Assembly (NCBI GenBank): GCA_002329335.1 | Contig: DCTY01000061.1 | Coordinates: forward strand, 41-64,040 | DNA length: 64,000 nt | Reading direction: 5' to 3' | Source: Christensenella sp. UBA1428 | GTDB taxonomy: Bacteria; Bacillota; Clostridia; Christensenellales; UBA1750 | Shown here: positions 37,726 to 46,861 of the stretch, one piece after another | How positions within the stretch are numbered: position 1 is the first letter of the stretch | How the letters are laid out: every line of letters starts with the position of its first letter | The notes under the pieces: generated by a model | Databases searched by the model: none | What the model was told of the DNA's origin: nothing | The model's input: only the letters and a program-made list of their open reading frames with translations | Position numbers and translations under genes: made by a program

Positions 37726-37821
37726 CTCCACAGGAACAAATATTAAGTTATTTAGGTGGGTTCACAAATTGTCCCTATGAAACGCCGGAGAAAGGCGCAG
37801 GATTTTTTATGTTAAGCAATT

Positions 37822-38784
37822 TTACACAATGCCGCCGATCCAGGCGTACAGCGGGATAAACACAACGCTCAGAATCGTGGTAAACATCAACCCCTGGGTT
37901 GCGTATTCGGCGTCAGCGCCATAGGATTTTGCAAAAATAACCGTCTGGGTCATGATGGGCATGCTCGCCTGCACCAGGAAGGTTTTAAGCGTCACGCTCA
38001 TCAAATCCGCCGAAATGGGCATCAGCTGCATCATGGCAAAGACCAGCAGCGGCGAAATCAGGAAGCGGCCGACGGACATGACCAGGATCGACCAGTCAAA
38101 GCGCAGGGACTTAAAGCCCATATTATAAAGCACAATGCCGGTAAACAGCAGCGACAGCGGCGTAACGATTTTGCCGATATAGCTAAAGCCGTCGCCCAGG
38201 AACTTGGGCATCGGGATTTCCAGAAGCACAAAGAGCATGCCGACAAAAAATGCAATCAGCGGCATGGTGAACAGCTTTTTAATGCCCGCCCAGGTAAAAA
38301 TTTTGGTCTTATCGTCCGGTTCGCCGTCCTTGCGGATACCGGAGATGCCCAGCGTCCAGAAAATGAACGTCTGGGAAACATAATACAGCATCGTATACGG
38401 CACGGTCGCCTCGCCAAACAGCGCCACGTTAACCGGCAGGCCGATAAAGATGGTATTTGAAAAAGCAAACATCGCAGTGAAAACGCCGCGCCGGTTTTTG
38501 GGCAGGCGGATCAGCCGCGCAACGCCCTGTCCCAGCCAATAGTTGACAAAGATCGTCACAATCGGCACCAGGATGACCAGCAGGCTGCCCAGGATATCGT
38601 CCCGGGTGTATTTCTCGATGATGTTGGAGACGACCATGCAGGGCAGGCCGACTTTCGTCACCAGGAAGGACAGCACCTTTTGCGTGTTTTCGTCAAACCA
38701 TTTGCGCCAGGTGCAGAACGCGCCGATTGCGATGATGAAAAAGATCGTCAGCACAATTTCCACGCCGGTGAGAATTGCTTCCAT
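37822..38784 (-). CDS. AEC-family (auxin efflux carrier-type) permease
   Basis: 320 aa, ~10 TM segments. N-terminus IVLTIFFIIAIGAF...VLSFLVTKVGLPCMV is typical of AEC/MleP-like transporters. Confidence 0.85.
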   Translation of the reverse strand: MEAILTGVEIVLTIFFIIAIGAFCTWRKWFDENTQKVLSFLVTKVGLPCMVVSNIIEKYTRDDILGSLLVILVPIVTIFVNYWLGQGVARLIRLPKNRRGVFTAMFAFSNTIFIGLPVNVALFGEATVPYTMLYYVSQTFIFWTLGISGIRKDGEPDDKTKIFTWAGIKKLFTMPLIAFFVGMLFVLLEIPMPKFLGDGFSYIGKIVTPLSLLFTGIVLYNMGFKSLRFDWSILVMSVGRFLISPLLVFAMMQLMPISADLMSVTLKTFLVQASMPIMTQTVIFAKSYGADAEYATQGLMFTTILSVVFIPLYAWIGGIV

Positions 38785-38799
38785 GAAACGTACACTCCC

Positions 38800-40113
38800 T
38801 TACTTGACAAAGGCATGATAAATTGCCCGTATCGCTTTTTCAAAGTCGTGCGTTTCCACGCCGACGATGATATTCATCTCACTGGAGCCCTGGTCGATCA
38901 TGCGCACGTTGATGCCCGCGTCGCGCAGCGCGCTGAACAAATGCGCCGCCGTACCGGGCTGGCGCACCATGCCGCGGCCAACCGTAGCAATCAGGCTCAG
39001 ACCTGTCGTCACCTCAACGCTGTCCGGGGAGCAGACACGGTAAATGCTGGTGATCACATCGTCCAATTTTCCGGCAATGAGCTTATCGTTGACCACAACG
39101 GTCATCGTATCGATCCCTGTGGGCAAATGCTCAAAGGAAACCGCGTAATCCTCCAAAACCTTCAGCACGCGCCGGCCAAAGCCCATTTCGCTGTTCATCA
39201 TCGCCTTTTCGATGCTGATGGCGGTGTAGCCCTTGTGCCCGGCCACGCCGGTAATCGTATCGTCCGGGCAAAGCGGCGCGTCGGCCACAATGCGGGTACC
39301 CAGATCGTCCGGCCGGTTGGTATTGCGGATATTGACCGGAATGCCCGCCTGCTTGACCGGGAAAATCGCTTCCTCGTGCAAAACCGTAGCGCCCATATAG
39401 GACAGCTCGCGCAATTCGCGGTAGGTAATGCTCTCAATGGGCTTTGGATTGTCGACAATGCGCGGATCCGCCATCAAAAAGCCGGAAACGTCCGTCCAGT
39501 TTTCATACATCGCCGCCGAAGCCGCGCGCGCGACAATCGCCCCGGTGATATCCGAGCCGCCGCGGGAAAACGTTTTGATGCTCCCATCGATGCAGGAACC
39601 GTAAAAGCCGGGGACCACTGCGCGCTGCGCCTTTGCCAGGCGCTTTGAAAGCTCCTCCTGCGTGCGGGCAGCGTCATAATTGCCGCGGGCGTCAAAGAAA
39701 ATGACCTCCGCCGCGTCAATAAACGAAAAGCCCAGATACTCCGCAAGCAGAAGGCCGTTGAGGTATTCGCCGCGGCTTGCGGTATAGTCGACGTTTTGTC
39801 CGTGCGCAATGGCGTACTGGATCACGTCCAGCTCACGGCCGATATCGGTTTTCAGCCCCAGCTGCTGCGCAATGCCCAGATAACGCGCGCGGATCGGCTC
39901 GAAATACGCCGTCACGTCCTTACCCGCGCTGACCGCTTCGTGCGCCGCAATGAGCATATCCGTCACCTTGGTGTCGCTGCCGAAACGCTTGCCCGGCGCG
40001 CTGGGAACAACAAAACGCCGGCGCGGATCCGCCAGCACAATCTGCTTTACTTTTTCAAATTGACCGGCGTCGCTGAGCGAACTGCCGCCAAATTTTGCAA
40101 CAACGGTTTCCAT
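38800..40113 (-). CDS. aspartate kinase
   Basis: Start ATG 40113. VVAKFGGSSL kinase motif and C-terminal ACT domains. 15 nt upstream of the AEC permease gene. Confidence 0.9.
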   Translation of the reverse strand: METVVAKFGGSSLSDAGQFEKVKQIVLADPRRRFVVPSAPGKRFGSDTKVTDMLIAAHEAVSAGKDVTAYFEPIRARYLGIAQQLGLKTDIGRELDVIQYAIAHGQNVDYTASRGEYLNGLLLAEYLGFSFIDAAEVIFFDARGNYDAARTQEELSKRLAKAQRAVVPGFYGSCIDGSIKTFSRGGSDITGAIVARAASAAMYENWTDVSGFLMADPRIVDNPKPIESITYRELRELSYMGATVLHEEAIFPVKQAGIPVNIRNTNRPDDLGTRIVADAPLCPDDTITGVAGHKGYTAISIEKAMMNSEMGFGRRVLKVLEDYAVSFEHLPTGIDTMTVVVNDKLIAGKLDDVITSIYRVCSPDSVEVTTGLSLIATVGRGMVRQPGTAAHLFSALRDAGINVRMIDQGSSEMNIIVGVETHDFEKAIRAIYHAFVK

Positions 40114-40149
40114 CAGCACAAAACCCTTCCTGTAAACGCTTATTTCACA

Positions 40150-40178
40150 ATTATAAAAAATTACGGACATTTTGTCAA
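40150..40178 (-). promoter_or_regulatory. consensus sigma-70 promoter of the aspartate kinase-AEC operon
   Basis: Minus strand TTGACA (40173-40178), exactly 17 nt, TATAAT (40150-40155). Leaves a leader of only ~30 nt. Confidence 0.65.
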
Positions 40179-40241
40179 GATTTATGAACATGTTTCGGTT
40201 TCACTTTTGTTTCCGCTCCGCTATTTCTACATATTTATCTT

Positions 40242-40268
40242 TTCAAGCCATACAAATCGTGTTATACT
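40242..40268 (+). promoter_or_regulatory. candidate promoter of the MoxR operon
   Basis: TTCAAG, ~15-16 nt spacer, TGtTATACT extended -10 (40263-40268). Confidence 0.4.
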
Positions 40269-40314
40269 CTTAGCGTGCAAACGAACAAACCGCAAAGGAT
40301 GGAGACAACCTGAC

Positions 40315-41253
40315 ATGATTGCAGAATTTTCTCAGAAAGTCAAACGCAATGTCGCGCGCGTCATCGTCGGCAAGGATGCGTACATCGACCTGATCCTGTG
40401 CTGCGTGCTGGCCGGCGGCCATGTGCTGTTGGAGGATGTGCCCGGCACCGGCAAAACCGTACTGGCCAAATCGCTGGCCCGGTCGCTGAACTGCCCGTTT
40501 AAACGGATTCAGTTCACGCCGGATCTTCTGCCCAGCGACGTAACCGGATTGAGCATATTTGACCAGCGCACGCTTTCCTTTGAATTCAAGCCCGGCGCAG
40601 TCTTTGCCAGCGTCGTGCTGGCCGATGAAATCAACCGCGCCACACCGCGCACGCAGTCCTCGCTTTTGGAATGCATGGAGGAGCGTCAGGTGACCGTTGA
40701 CGGCACGACCTATCCCCTGCCAAGTCCGTTTCTGGTTTTGGCCACTCAAAACCCCGTTGAAATCCAGGGCACCTTCCCCCTGCCGGAGGCGCAGCTGGAC
40801 CGTTTCATGATGCGGCTGCGCCTGGGCTATACCGACAGCCAGGGCGCCCGCGATATTCTCAGGCGCTTTTTAAACGACGATCCCATGGCGGAGCTCGAGC
40901 CGATCGCCGACGCGGCGCAGATTCTCCAGGCGCAGCAGGAAATCAAAAAAATCCATGTTTCTCAGGCGGTAATCGACTATATCGCCGAGCTGTGCGAGCG
41001 CACGCGCAAGCCCGAGGGCGTCACGCTGGGCGTCAGTCCGCGCGGCATGCTGGCGCTTCTGCGCGCCTGTCAGGCATACGCCGCCATCTCGGGGCGCGAC
41101 TATGTGACGCCGGATGACGTCAAGGCGCTGGCGGTACCGGTGCTGGCGCACCGTATCATCGTACGCGGCGCATACGGTCAAAGCGAAAAGTCCGAGGCCG
41201 TCGTGCGCGACGTGCTGCGCCAGACGCCTGTGCCGACCGAGCAAGACGCATAG
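40315..41253 (+). CDS. MoxR-family AAA+ ATPase
   Basis: Start ATG 40315. Walker A EDVPGTGKT, Walker B VLADEINRA, ATQNP. The long upstream ORF extension is antisense to the kinase gene. Confidence 0.9.
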   Translation: MIAEFSQKVKRNVARVIVGKDAYIDLILCCVLAGGHVLLEDVPGTGKTVLAKSLARSLNCPFKRIQFTPDLLPSDVTGLSIFDQRTLSFEFKPGAVFASVVLADEINRATPRTQSSLLECMEERQVTVDGTTYPLPSPFLVLATQNPVEIQGTFPLPEAQLDRFMMRLRLGYTDSQGARDILRRFLNDDPMAELEPIADAAQILQAQQEIKKIHVSQAVIDYIAELCERTRKPEGVTLGVSPRGMLALLRACQAYAAISGRDYVTPDDVKALAVPVLAHRIIVRGAYGQSEKSEAVVRDVLRQTPVPTEQDA

Positions 41254-41255
41254 CG

Positions 41256-42338
41256 ATGGATAACGTATTTTGGATTGCGCTTTGCACGGCGGCGCTGATT
41301 CTGCTCCAATCGCTGATCCTGCGCCGTTTTGCGCTGCGCCGGATTGATTACACGCGTTTTTTCAGCCGCAGCAAGCTTTATGAAGGGGAGCAGATGGAGA
41401 TGGTGGAGATCATCGCCAACCGCAAGCTGCTGCCCGTCCCCTGGGTGCGCGTGGAATCGCGTATTCCCCGCCAGCTGCATCTTTTGGGATCAACCGATGA
41501 AATCGACGTCCAGGGCGGAATGTATCATCGCTCCGCCTTTACCCTGTCGGCCTACCAGCAAATCACCCGCCGCCATCGTGTCCAGGCGGTCTCGCGCGGT
41601 TATTTCAACGTATCGAGCGCCGCCATGACCACGGGCGATCTGCTGGGGCTGAGCAGCGCGGCGCGAAACGTCGATCTGAATTGTTTTCTGACGGTTTACC
41701 CCAAGCCGGTTGACGTACAGGAACTTTTGCTTCCTTCGCTCAAATGGCAAGGCGACCTGGTCGTGCGCCGCTATATCATGCCCGACATGTTTCTCTACGG
41801 CGGCATCCGTGACTATGCGCCCGGCGACCCGCTGCGCAGCGTCCATTGGGGCGCGACGGCCGCCACCGGCGCGCTGAAAGTCAAGCAATACGACTATACC
41901 GCCTCGCCCCGCCTGCTGCTGGTGCTCAACGTGCAGCCGCGGGAGGATACCTGGGGCGGAATCGGCGCGCAGGATCTGCCGGATATCGAGCAGGGCCTGC
42001 GCATCGTCGCCTCGCTGGCGGAATATCTGATCGCCAGCGGGCTGGAGGTCGGTTTTGCCTCCAACGGACGGCTTGCGGGAACGGAGGAAACGGTTCTGAT
42101 CCATCCTGCCTGCAGCTTTGAGCAGCGGGAATTGATTTTGGACGCCTGCGCACGGTTTGAGATTTTCCGCCAGCGCAGCTTTCATCAATTTTTGGAGGAT
42201 TTGCCGCCGTTTAAAGAATACGATCTGCTGGTTCTCACCTGCTACCGATCGCCGCTTTGCGATGCGGCGCTAAGCGATATCCGCGTGCGCGGCAACAGCA
42301 TCGGTTATTATATGCTCCGGCAGGAGGCAGAAGCATGA
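41256..42338 (+). CDS. DUF58-family protein (vWA-like, MoxR partner)
   Basis: N-terminal TM segment and GIRDYAPGDPLRSVHWGATA motif. Confidence 0.85.
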   Translation: MDNVFWIALCTAALILLQSLILRRFALRRIDYTRFFSRSKLYEGEQMEMVEIIANRKLLPVPWVRVESRIPRQLHLLGSTDEIDVQGGMYHRSAFTLSAYQQITRRHRVQAVSRGYFNVSSAAMTTGDLLGLSSAARNVDLNCFLTVYPKPVDVQELLLPSLKWQGDLVVRRYIMPDMFLYGGIRDYAPGDPLRSVHWGATAATGALKVKQYDYTASPRLLLVLNVQPREDTWGGIGAQDLPDIEQGLRIVASLAEYLIASGLEVGFASNGRLAGTEETVLIHPACSFEQRELILDACARFEIFRQRSFHQFLEDLPPFKEYDLLVLTCYRSPLCDAALSDIRVRGNSIGYYMLRQEAEA

Positions 42339-43591
42339 ACAAGCGCAGTTATTGGCATATTTTCTTTGGGCCCTATCTGGCCGCCGCGTTTTTTCCGCTG
42401 CTGGTATTTGCCAACGAGGCTTTTGCCGTCGGGCTGTGGGGCTGGTTTGCGCTGCTTTGCGCGCTGTGCGCCGCGCAGCTTTTCCTGGGCATCCGCTTTG
42501 GCGCCAGGCGCCTGCTGCCCGGCCTGGCGCTGACGGCGCTGTCCGTCGCCGGCGTTCTTGCCGCAGCGGCCCGCCCCGGGCTGGGGCATGGCATTTTGTG
42601 CGCATCGCTGGCAATGGGACAGCTTTACGCCCTTTGGCTTGCCGCGCGTACCTGGGAGCAGATTTCCGCGCCGCAGTATATGGTTCCGACGCTGGTGCTC
42701 AACCTGCTGGTCGCCTTTGGTATGGCGCTTTCCTATTATCACGATCAGGTGCTGCTGGGATATGTCGCCGTACCCTATCTGGTCGCCGCGTTGTTTTTGT
42801 CCAACCGGCGCACGATTAAAAGCAGCGCCAGCATGCAAAGCGGGCTTGCCCTGCGGATCGTGCATCAGAATTTCCTGATGATGATCGTGCTGGTCGCCAT
42901 ATTGCTGCTTTTGATCAATTTCAGCGCAATTTCAAACCTGGTCGCCGAGCTGGTCCGTCAGGGCATCCTCCTGATTTTGAAGCTGATCGCGCTTTTTGGC
43001 GGCGGCAGGGAAGAAAGCCAGGGCGGCGGCAGCGGCGGGGCCGGCACGCCGGATCTTGGCGCGCTTGGCGCGGCCGAGCCTTCCGCTTTCTGGGAAATTC
43101 TGTCGGTCATCATGCAGTATGTGGCCATGGCGGCCGTTGTGATCGGCGCGGGTTTCGGTCTTTATTTTGGCGTCCGCAAGCTCAGCCGTTTTCTTGCCGC
43201 ATCGCTGCGCCGCTTCGTCGGCGCCTATCAGGACGCCTTTACCGACGAATCCCAATCGCTGAAAACCGCGCGCCAAATGCGCGATGAAATCGTCAATTCC
43301 GCCGGCGAACGGCTCAAAAAGCTTTTCACCCGGCCGCCAAGCTGGGAAAAGCTCTCCGCGGTTGAAAAGGTACGCTACGCCTATCAGAAAACCCGCCAGC
43401 GCGCACGCGCCGTAGGGATCGATCCGGATCCGCTGACGCCGCGGGAGCTGCTTGAAAACAAACGTCTCTTTCTGGACGGCGAGCGCGCTTTGTTTGAAAA
43501 CACCTATTATGAAACCCGCTATCGGGAACGCATGCCGTCGCAAAGCGAGCTGGACAACGCCCGCGCCGTCGCGCAGACCCGGCAAAAGTAA
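42335..43591 (+). CDS. polytopic membrane protein with DUF4129-like C-terminal domain
   Basis: Start ATG 42335 overlaps the DUF58 stop (ATGA; SD CAGGAGG). ~6 TM segments, then a cytoplasmic tail (RYAYQKTRQRARAVGIDPDPLTPRELL). Confidence 0.6.
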   Translation: MNKRSYWHIFFGPYLAAAFFPLLVFANEAFAVGLWGWFALLCALCAAQLFLGIRFGARRLLPGLALTALSVAGVLAAAARPGLGHGILCASLAMGQLYALWLAARTWEQISAPQYMVPTLVLNLLVAFGMALSYYHDQVLLGYVAVPYLVAALFLSNRRTIKSSASMQSGLALRIVHQNFLMMIVLVAILLLLINFSAISNLVAELVRQGILLILKLIALFGGGREESQGGGSGGAGTPDLGALGAAEPSAFWEILSVIMQYVAMAAVVIGAGFGLYFGVRKLSRFLAASLRRFVGAYQDAFTDESQSLKTARQMRDEIVNSAGERLKKLFTRPPSWEKLSAVEKVRYAYQKTRQRARAVGIDPDPLTPRELLENKRLFLDGERALFENTYYETRYRERMPSQSELDNARAVAQTRQK

Positions 43592-43635
43592 CGCTGCGCA
43601 AGCCTTGCGCGCCTTAACGCCGCATTGGCACAAAA

Positions 43636-43686
43636 CAAAAAGCGTCTCTTTCTCCTGCCAAAGGCAACGGGAAGAGGCGCTTTTTG
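43636..43686. terminator. bidirectional terminator
   Basis: ~12-bp stem AGCGTCTCTTTC / GGAAGAGGCGCT flanked by an A-run and a T-run. Confidence 0.75.
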
Positions 43687-43698
43687 CCGGTGCAGGCG

Positions 43699-44718
43699 CT
43701 ATGGAATTGCAGAAAAATCAAACGACTGCGCAAACGTCTCCAGCGCCTGCGCACCGATGGTCCGTTCGCCTAAAACAATATCGCCCACGCGGGGATTCAA
43801 AATATGGACGACAATGAACGATTCAGGCCGCTCCACCACAACCAGCGCCTTGCTGTCGCTCAACGCCAGCAGCGTCCAAACGCCCTGCGGCGTCTGAAAG
43901 GACCATGAAACGTAGGCATCGACCGCGCCGATACCCAGCGTCGCCGTATCCAGCGTTCCCTTCATCACCCGGCTGAACTGATAGGAAACCGGATAAGGCC
44001 AGTCAACCGCCGGATCCGTCAAAGCCGCCTCCCCTTCAAACCGGAAGGTGCCGTCCGGATACCAATAACCGCTGTAGGCCGTCTGCGCCGCAGCGTCATT
44101 TTTGGCAAACAGCGCCTCGATGCCGCAGCATGCCAACAGCCGGTTCAGGTCGGTTTCCACCGTGCTCTCCCCCAGCAGCGCCAAATCATAGCGGCTGCAC
44201 AGCGCGTCCAGCTCGTCGGCCATTTCCCGGGTGTAACAGTCATACGCCGCATATTGAGGCGGCAGCCCCGTTTCGCCATTGCCGATCCGCGCCAAAATTG
44301 CGCCGTCGGGATCATACCGCGCCCGAAACGTCTGCCACTGCTGGCACGCCTGATACTCCGGGCTGCCGGAAAAACCCTGCAGCGAAATTTCATCCGCCGC
44401 CGGAACCGATGCGGTTGCCTCCAAAGCCGGCTGTCCCGCCGCCGTTTCAAGCGGCGCAGGCGATAACGGCGCGGCCGCCGGCTGATCCAAAAGCACCAGC
44501 GCGGACAAATCCATCACGCACACGGCATAGGCCGCAGCCGCAAAAAGCAGGCACAGCGCCAGAATTGCCGCGACGCAAACAAGCCGCCGCAGGCGCGGCC
44601 TTTTTTGAATTTCCCGCCGCCCCGAAGCGGCGTCCACAACGGCCGCAAGCATCTGACGCCGGGTCTTCTCGTCCGGCGCAAGCGCATCATACGCCCGTCG
44701 GATCCGTTCTTTTTCCAT
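43699..44718 (-). CDS. putative anti-sigma factor / single-pass membrane protein
   Basis: Start ATG 44718 (SD GGAGGTG), 5 nt after the sigma gene stop. Short cytoplasmic N-terminus, one TM (LVCVAAILALCLLFAAAAYAV), large extracytoplasmic domain. Confidence 0.55.
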   Translation of the reverse strand: MEKERIRRAYDALAPDEKTRRQMLAAVVDAASGRREIQKRPRLRRLVCVAAILALCLLFAAAAYAVCVMDLSALVLLDQPAAAPLSPAPLETAAGQPALEATASVPAADEISLQGFSGSPEYQACQQWQTFRARYDPDGAILARIGNGETGLPPQYAAYDCYTREMADELDALCSRYDLALLGESTVETDLNRLLACCGIEALFAKNDAAAQTAYSGYWYPDGTFRFEGEAALTDPAVDWPYPVSYQFSRVMKGTLDTATLGIGAVDAYVSWSFQTPQGVWTLLALSDSKALVVVERPESFIVVHILNPRVGDIVLGERTIGAQALETFAQSFDFSAIP

Positions 44719-44723
44719 GGGTT

Positions 44724-45203
44724 TCACCTCCGAATCCGTTCTTTTAACAGCCCGCGCGCACGTTTGAGGCGGCTGCACACCGTCGACTGCGCGCACCGGC
44801 ACATCTGCGCAATTTCTTTTGTTGAATATCCTTCATAATAATATAGATAAACCGCGTCCTTATAGCGGGGCGTCAGCGACAGCACCGCGCGCAGCATTTC
44901 TTCATCCGGCTGCGGCGTCTGCACGCTCAAAAGCGGGTACTGATCGATATCCTCGCGCCTGCGCCACCAATGCTTCAGCGCGTCCCTGCAAAGGTTGGAG
45001 GCGGTAACAATCAGCCAGGCGCGTTCATGCCGCAGCGATTCAAACACAGGCTCGTGCGCAAGCAGTTTCAGAAAAGTCGCCTGCACCATATCCTGCGTAT
45101 CCGCCTGGTTTTTCATATACGAAAAGCAGACCCGCCACACGGCGTCGACGTTTCGCTGATATAAAAGCGTGATTTCCTGCTGCGTACGTTTTGAAACGGA
45201 CAA
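44724..45203 (-). CDS. ECF-type sigma-70-family sigma factor
   Basis: 159 aa. Region 2 (DTQDMVQATFLKLL) and region 4 HTH (YSTKEIAQMCRCAQSTVCSRLKRA). Probable TTG start with GGGGGAG SD. Confidence 0.85.
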   Translation of the reverse strand: MSVSKRTQQEITLLYQRNVDAVWRVCFSYMKNQADTQDMVQATFLKLLAHEPVFESLRHERAWLIVTASNLCRDALKHWWRRREDIDQYPLLSVQTPQPDEEMLRAVLSLTPRYKDAVYLYYYEGYSTKEIAQMCRCAQSTVCSRLKRARGLLKERIRR

Positions 45204-45272
45204 GCTGCTCTCCCCCTTTCTCTCCTTATACGATCCAGCCCGCCCGTTTATTGCACCGATCTTTTTCTATAT

Positions 45273-45305
45273 AAAAAAAGTCCGGCGCCGCTGCCTGCGC
45301 GCCGG
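45273..45305 (-). terminator. rho-independent terminator of the M18 aminopeptidase gene
   Basis: Minus strand TCCGGCGC ... GCGCCGGA followed by CTTTTTTTAT. Confidence 0.7.
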
Positions 45306-45340
45306 ATATGGTATGGAATATCAGAAAAACGGCCTGCCGC

Positions 45341-46642
45341 TTACGGGCACAGCATGGACGCCGTATCCTCCTCAAAGACGGCCTGGAACAGCGCGATCAT
45401 ATCCGCCTGATCATAGGCGCCGCACAATTCGCGCACCGCGTGCATGCTCAGCATCGGGTTGCCCACATCCACGGTGGTAATGCCATGCGCGCTGGCAAAC
45501 ATTGCGCCGATGGTGCCGCCGCCGCGCGCATCGCTGTGGTTGGTAAAAATCTGGTAGGGAATGCCGCGCTTCTGACACAAAAGGCAAAACAGCGCCGACC
45601 CGCGCGAACTGGTGGCATAGGACTGATATTGGGCGCTTTTAAGCACCGGGCCACGGTTAAGCGCCAAACGATGGTCCGCATCCGCCTTGCCCACATGCGC
45701 CGGATGGGTTGCATGCGCCATATCCGCAGAAAACATCACGCTGGAAGCCATGGCGCGCCAGGTATCCTCGCTGTCCAGGCCAAGCTTTGCACAGATGCGC
45801 TCCATGGTCATCCAAACCGCGTTGGCGCGCGCGCCGCGCGTGGAGCCGGAGCCGACCTCCTCATGGTCATAGGCAACCGCCAGCCGGGTATACGGCCCCT
45901 GCGCCCGGATCAGCGCGTCAAAAGCTGCATGCACCATCGCCGCATCGTCAATACGCGGCGCGCTGATAAATTCGCGGTTGACCCCAACATAGCACGCGCC
46001 CTGCACATCAAAGGGCGACAGCTCATAGGAAAGGATGTCCTGCTGCGCCACGCCGGCCTCCCGGGCCAGAAAAGCGTGAAACTGTTTGGGTGTGCCAAAG
46101 CTTTCGCCAAAAACCGGCAGCATATCCGTTGCATAGCTGACCTTGGCGTTTTCGTTGATGTCGCGCTGAATATGGATCGCAGGGCTTGGGATCACCAGCA
46201 GCGGACGGTCAATCCGAAACAGCACCGGGCGCACGGATTGTCCATCACGCACGCAAAGGCGTCCCGCCAGCCCCAGCGGACGGTCAAACCATCCCCGGGC
46301 GATCAGGCCGCCGTAAGGCTCCACAATCAGCCGCTCAAACGTCAGATCCAGCCGCGACCCGTTGGGTTTGATACGCAAACCGGGGGAGTCATGGTGCGCC
46401 CCCGCCATATGAAAGCCGGTCTTTGCCAGATCCGCCGTACCGACATAAAACGCGCAGAGCATCGTGGCGTCCTTGATGAAATAATAAAGCCCGCCGCGCT
46501 CCAGCTGCCAGGGGTCGCGTTCCTCCAGCCGGCGCGCACCGGCATCCTCCAGCATCCGCGCAAGCGCCGCAACCGAATGAAACGGCGTGGGCGCGCTGTT
46601 TAAAAATTGGATCAGCGCATCCGCGCTGCGTCTTTTATCCAT
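45341..46642 (-). CDS. M18-family aminopeptidase (aspartyl aminopeptidase-like)
   Basis: 433 aa. N-terminus LIQFLNSAPTPFHSV and SRLDLTFERL..., typical of M18 peptidases. Confidence 0.85.
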   Translation of the reverse strand: MDKRRSADALIQFLNSAPTPFHSVAALARMLEDAGARRLEERDPWQLERGGLYYFIKDATMLCAFYVGTADLAKTGFHMAGAHHDSPGLRIKPNGSRLDLTFERLIVEPYGGLIARGWFDRPLGLAGRLCVRDGQSVRPVLFRIDRPLLVIPSPAIHIQRDINENAKVSYATDMLPVFGESFGTPKQFHAFLAREAGVAQQDILSYELSPFDVQGACYVGVNREFISAPRIDDAAMVHAAFDALIRAQGPYTRLAVAYDHEEVGSGSTRGARANAVWMTMERICAKLGLDSEDTWRAMASSVMFSADMAHATHPAHVGKADADHRLALNRGPVLKSAQYQSYATSSRGSALFCLLCQKRGIPYQIFTNHSDARGGGTIGAMFASAHGITTVDVGNPMLSMHAVRELCGAYDQADMIALFQAVFEEDTASMLCP

Positions 46643-46716
46643 TGCTGTGCCTCCATCATTTCGCCGCCCGCACGCCGCGGCGCGGCCGTATAAAATTGGG
46701 TCCTGAAAAAATTATA

Positions 46717-46732
46717 CCACAAGATATAGTGT
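46717..46732. promoter_or_regulatory. NrdR-box-like 16-mer (distal)
   Basis: CCACAAGATATAGTGT matches 14/16 of the published consensus acaCwAtATaTwGtgt. Confidence 0.45.
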
Positions 46733-46825
46733 CGGGCAAGAAATTCCCCCTGCGTCCATTCCCGCCGCCGCTGGCGGTTTTTGGCAATAGACGGCGTTTT
46801 TTCGCCCTCAATTGCAAACAGGTGC

Positions 46826-46841
46826 AATCAAAATATTGTGT
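46826..46841. promoter_or_regulatory. NrdR box upstream of the nrdD -35
   Basis: AATCAAAATATTGTGT matches 13/16 of the consensus. Confidence 0.5.
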
Positions 46842-46861
46842 TTTTTTCTCAAAATGCTCCC

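Larger units (their letters stand above)
27070..37800 (+). mobile_element. integrated mobilizable element (Tn4451/Tn4453-like; large serine recombinase, MobC/relaxase, TnpW-like); ends approximate
   Basis: Gene content as listed below and an abrupt composition change at ~27.07-27.1 kb. Recombinase is at the right end. Flanked by unrelated chromosomal operons. Exact att junctions could not be located by eye. Confidence 0.6.

Noticed and set aside
39796-40314. N-terminal 173-codon extension of the MoxR ORF.
   Set aside because: It runs antisense through the aspartate kinase start and the intergenic promoters. The conserved MoxR sequence begins at ATG 40315, which has an SD.
40114-40314. Possible lysine riboswitch or T-box upstream of aspartate kinase.
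   Set aside because: The consensus promoter leaves only a ~30-nt leader. The rest of the gap is the divergent MoxR promoter.
45204-45272. ECF-type autoregulated promoter (AAC...CGTA) upstream of the sigma factor gene.
   Set aside because: The AAC-to-CGTA spacing is only ~13 nt, too short for the usual ECF promoter geometry.
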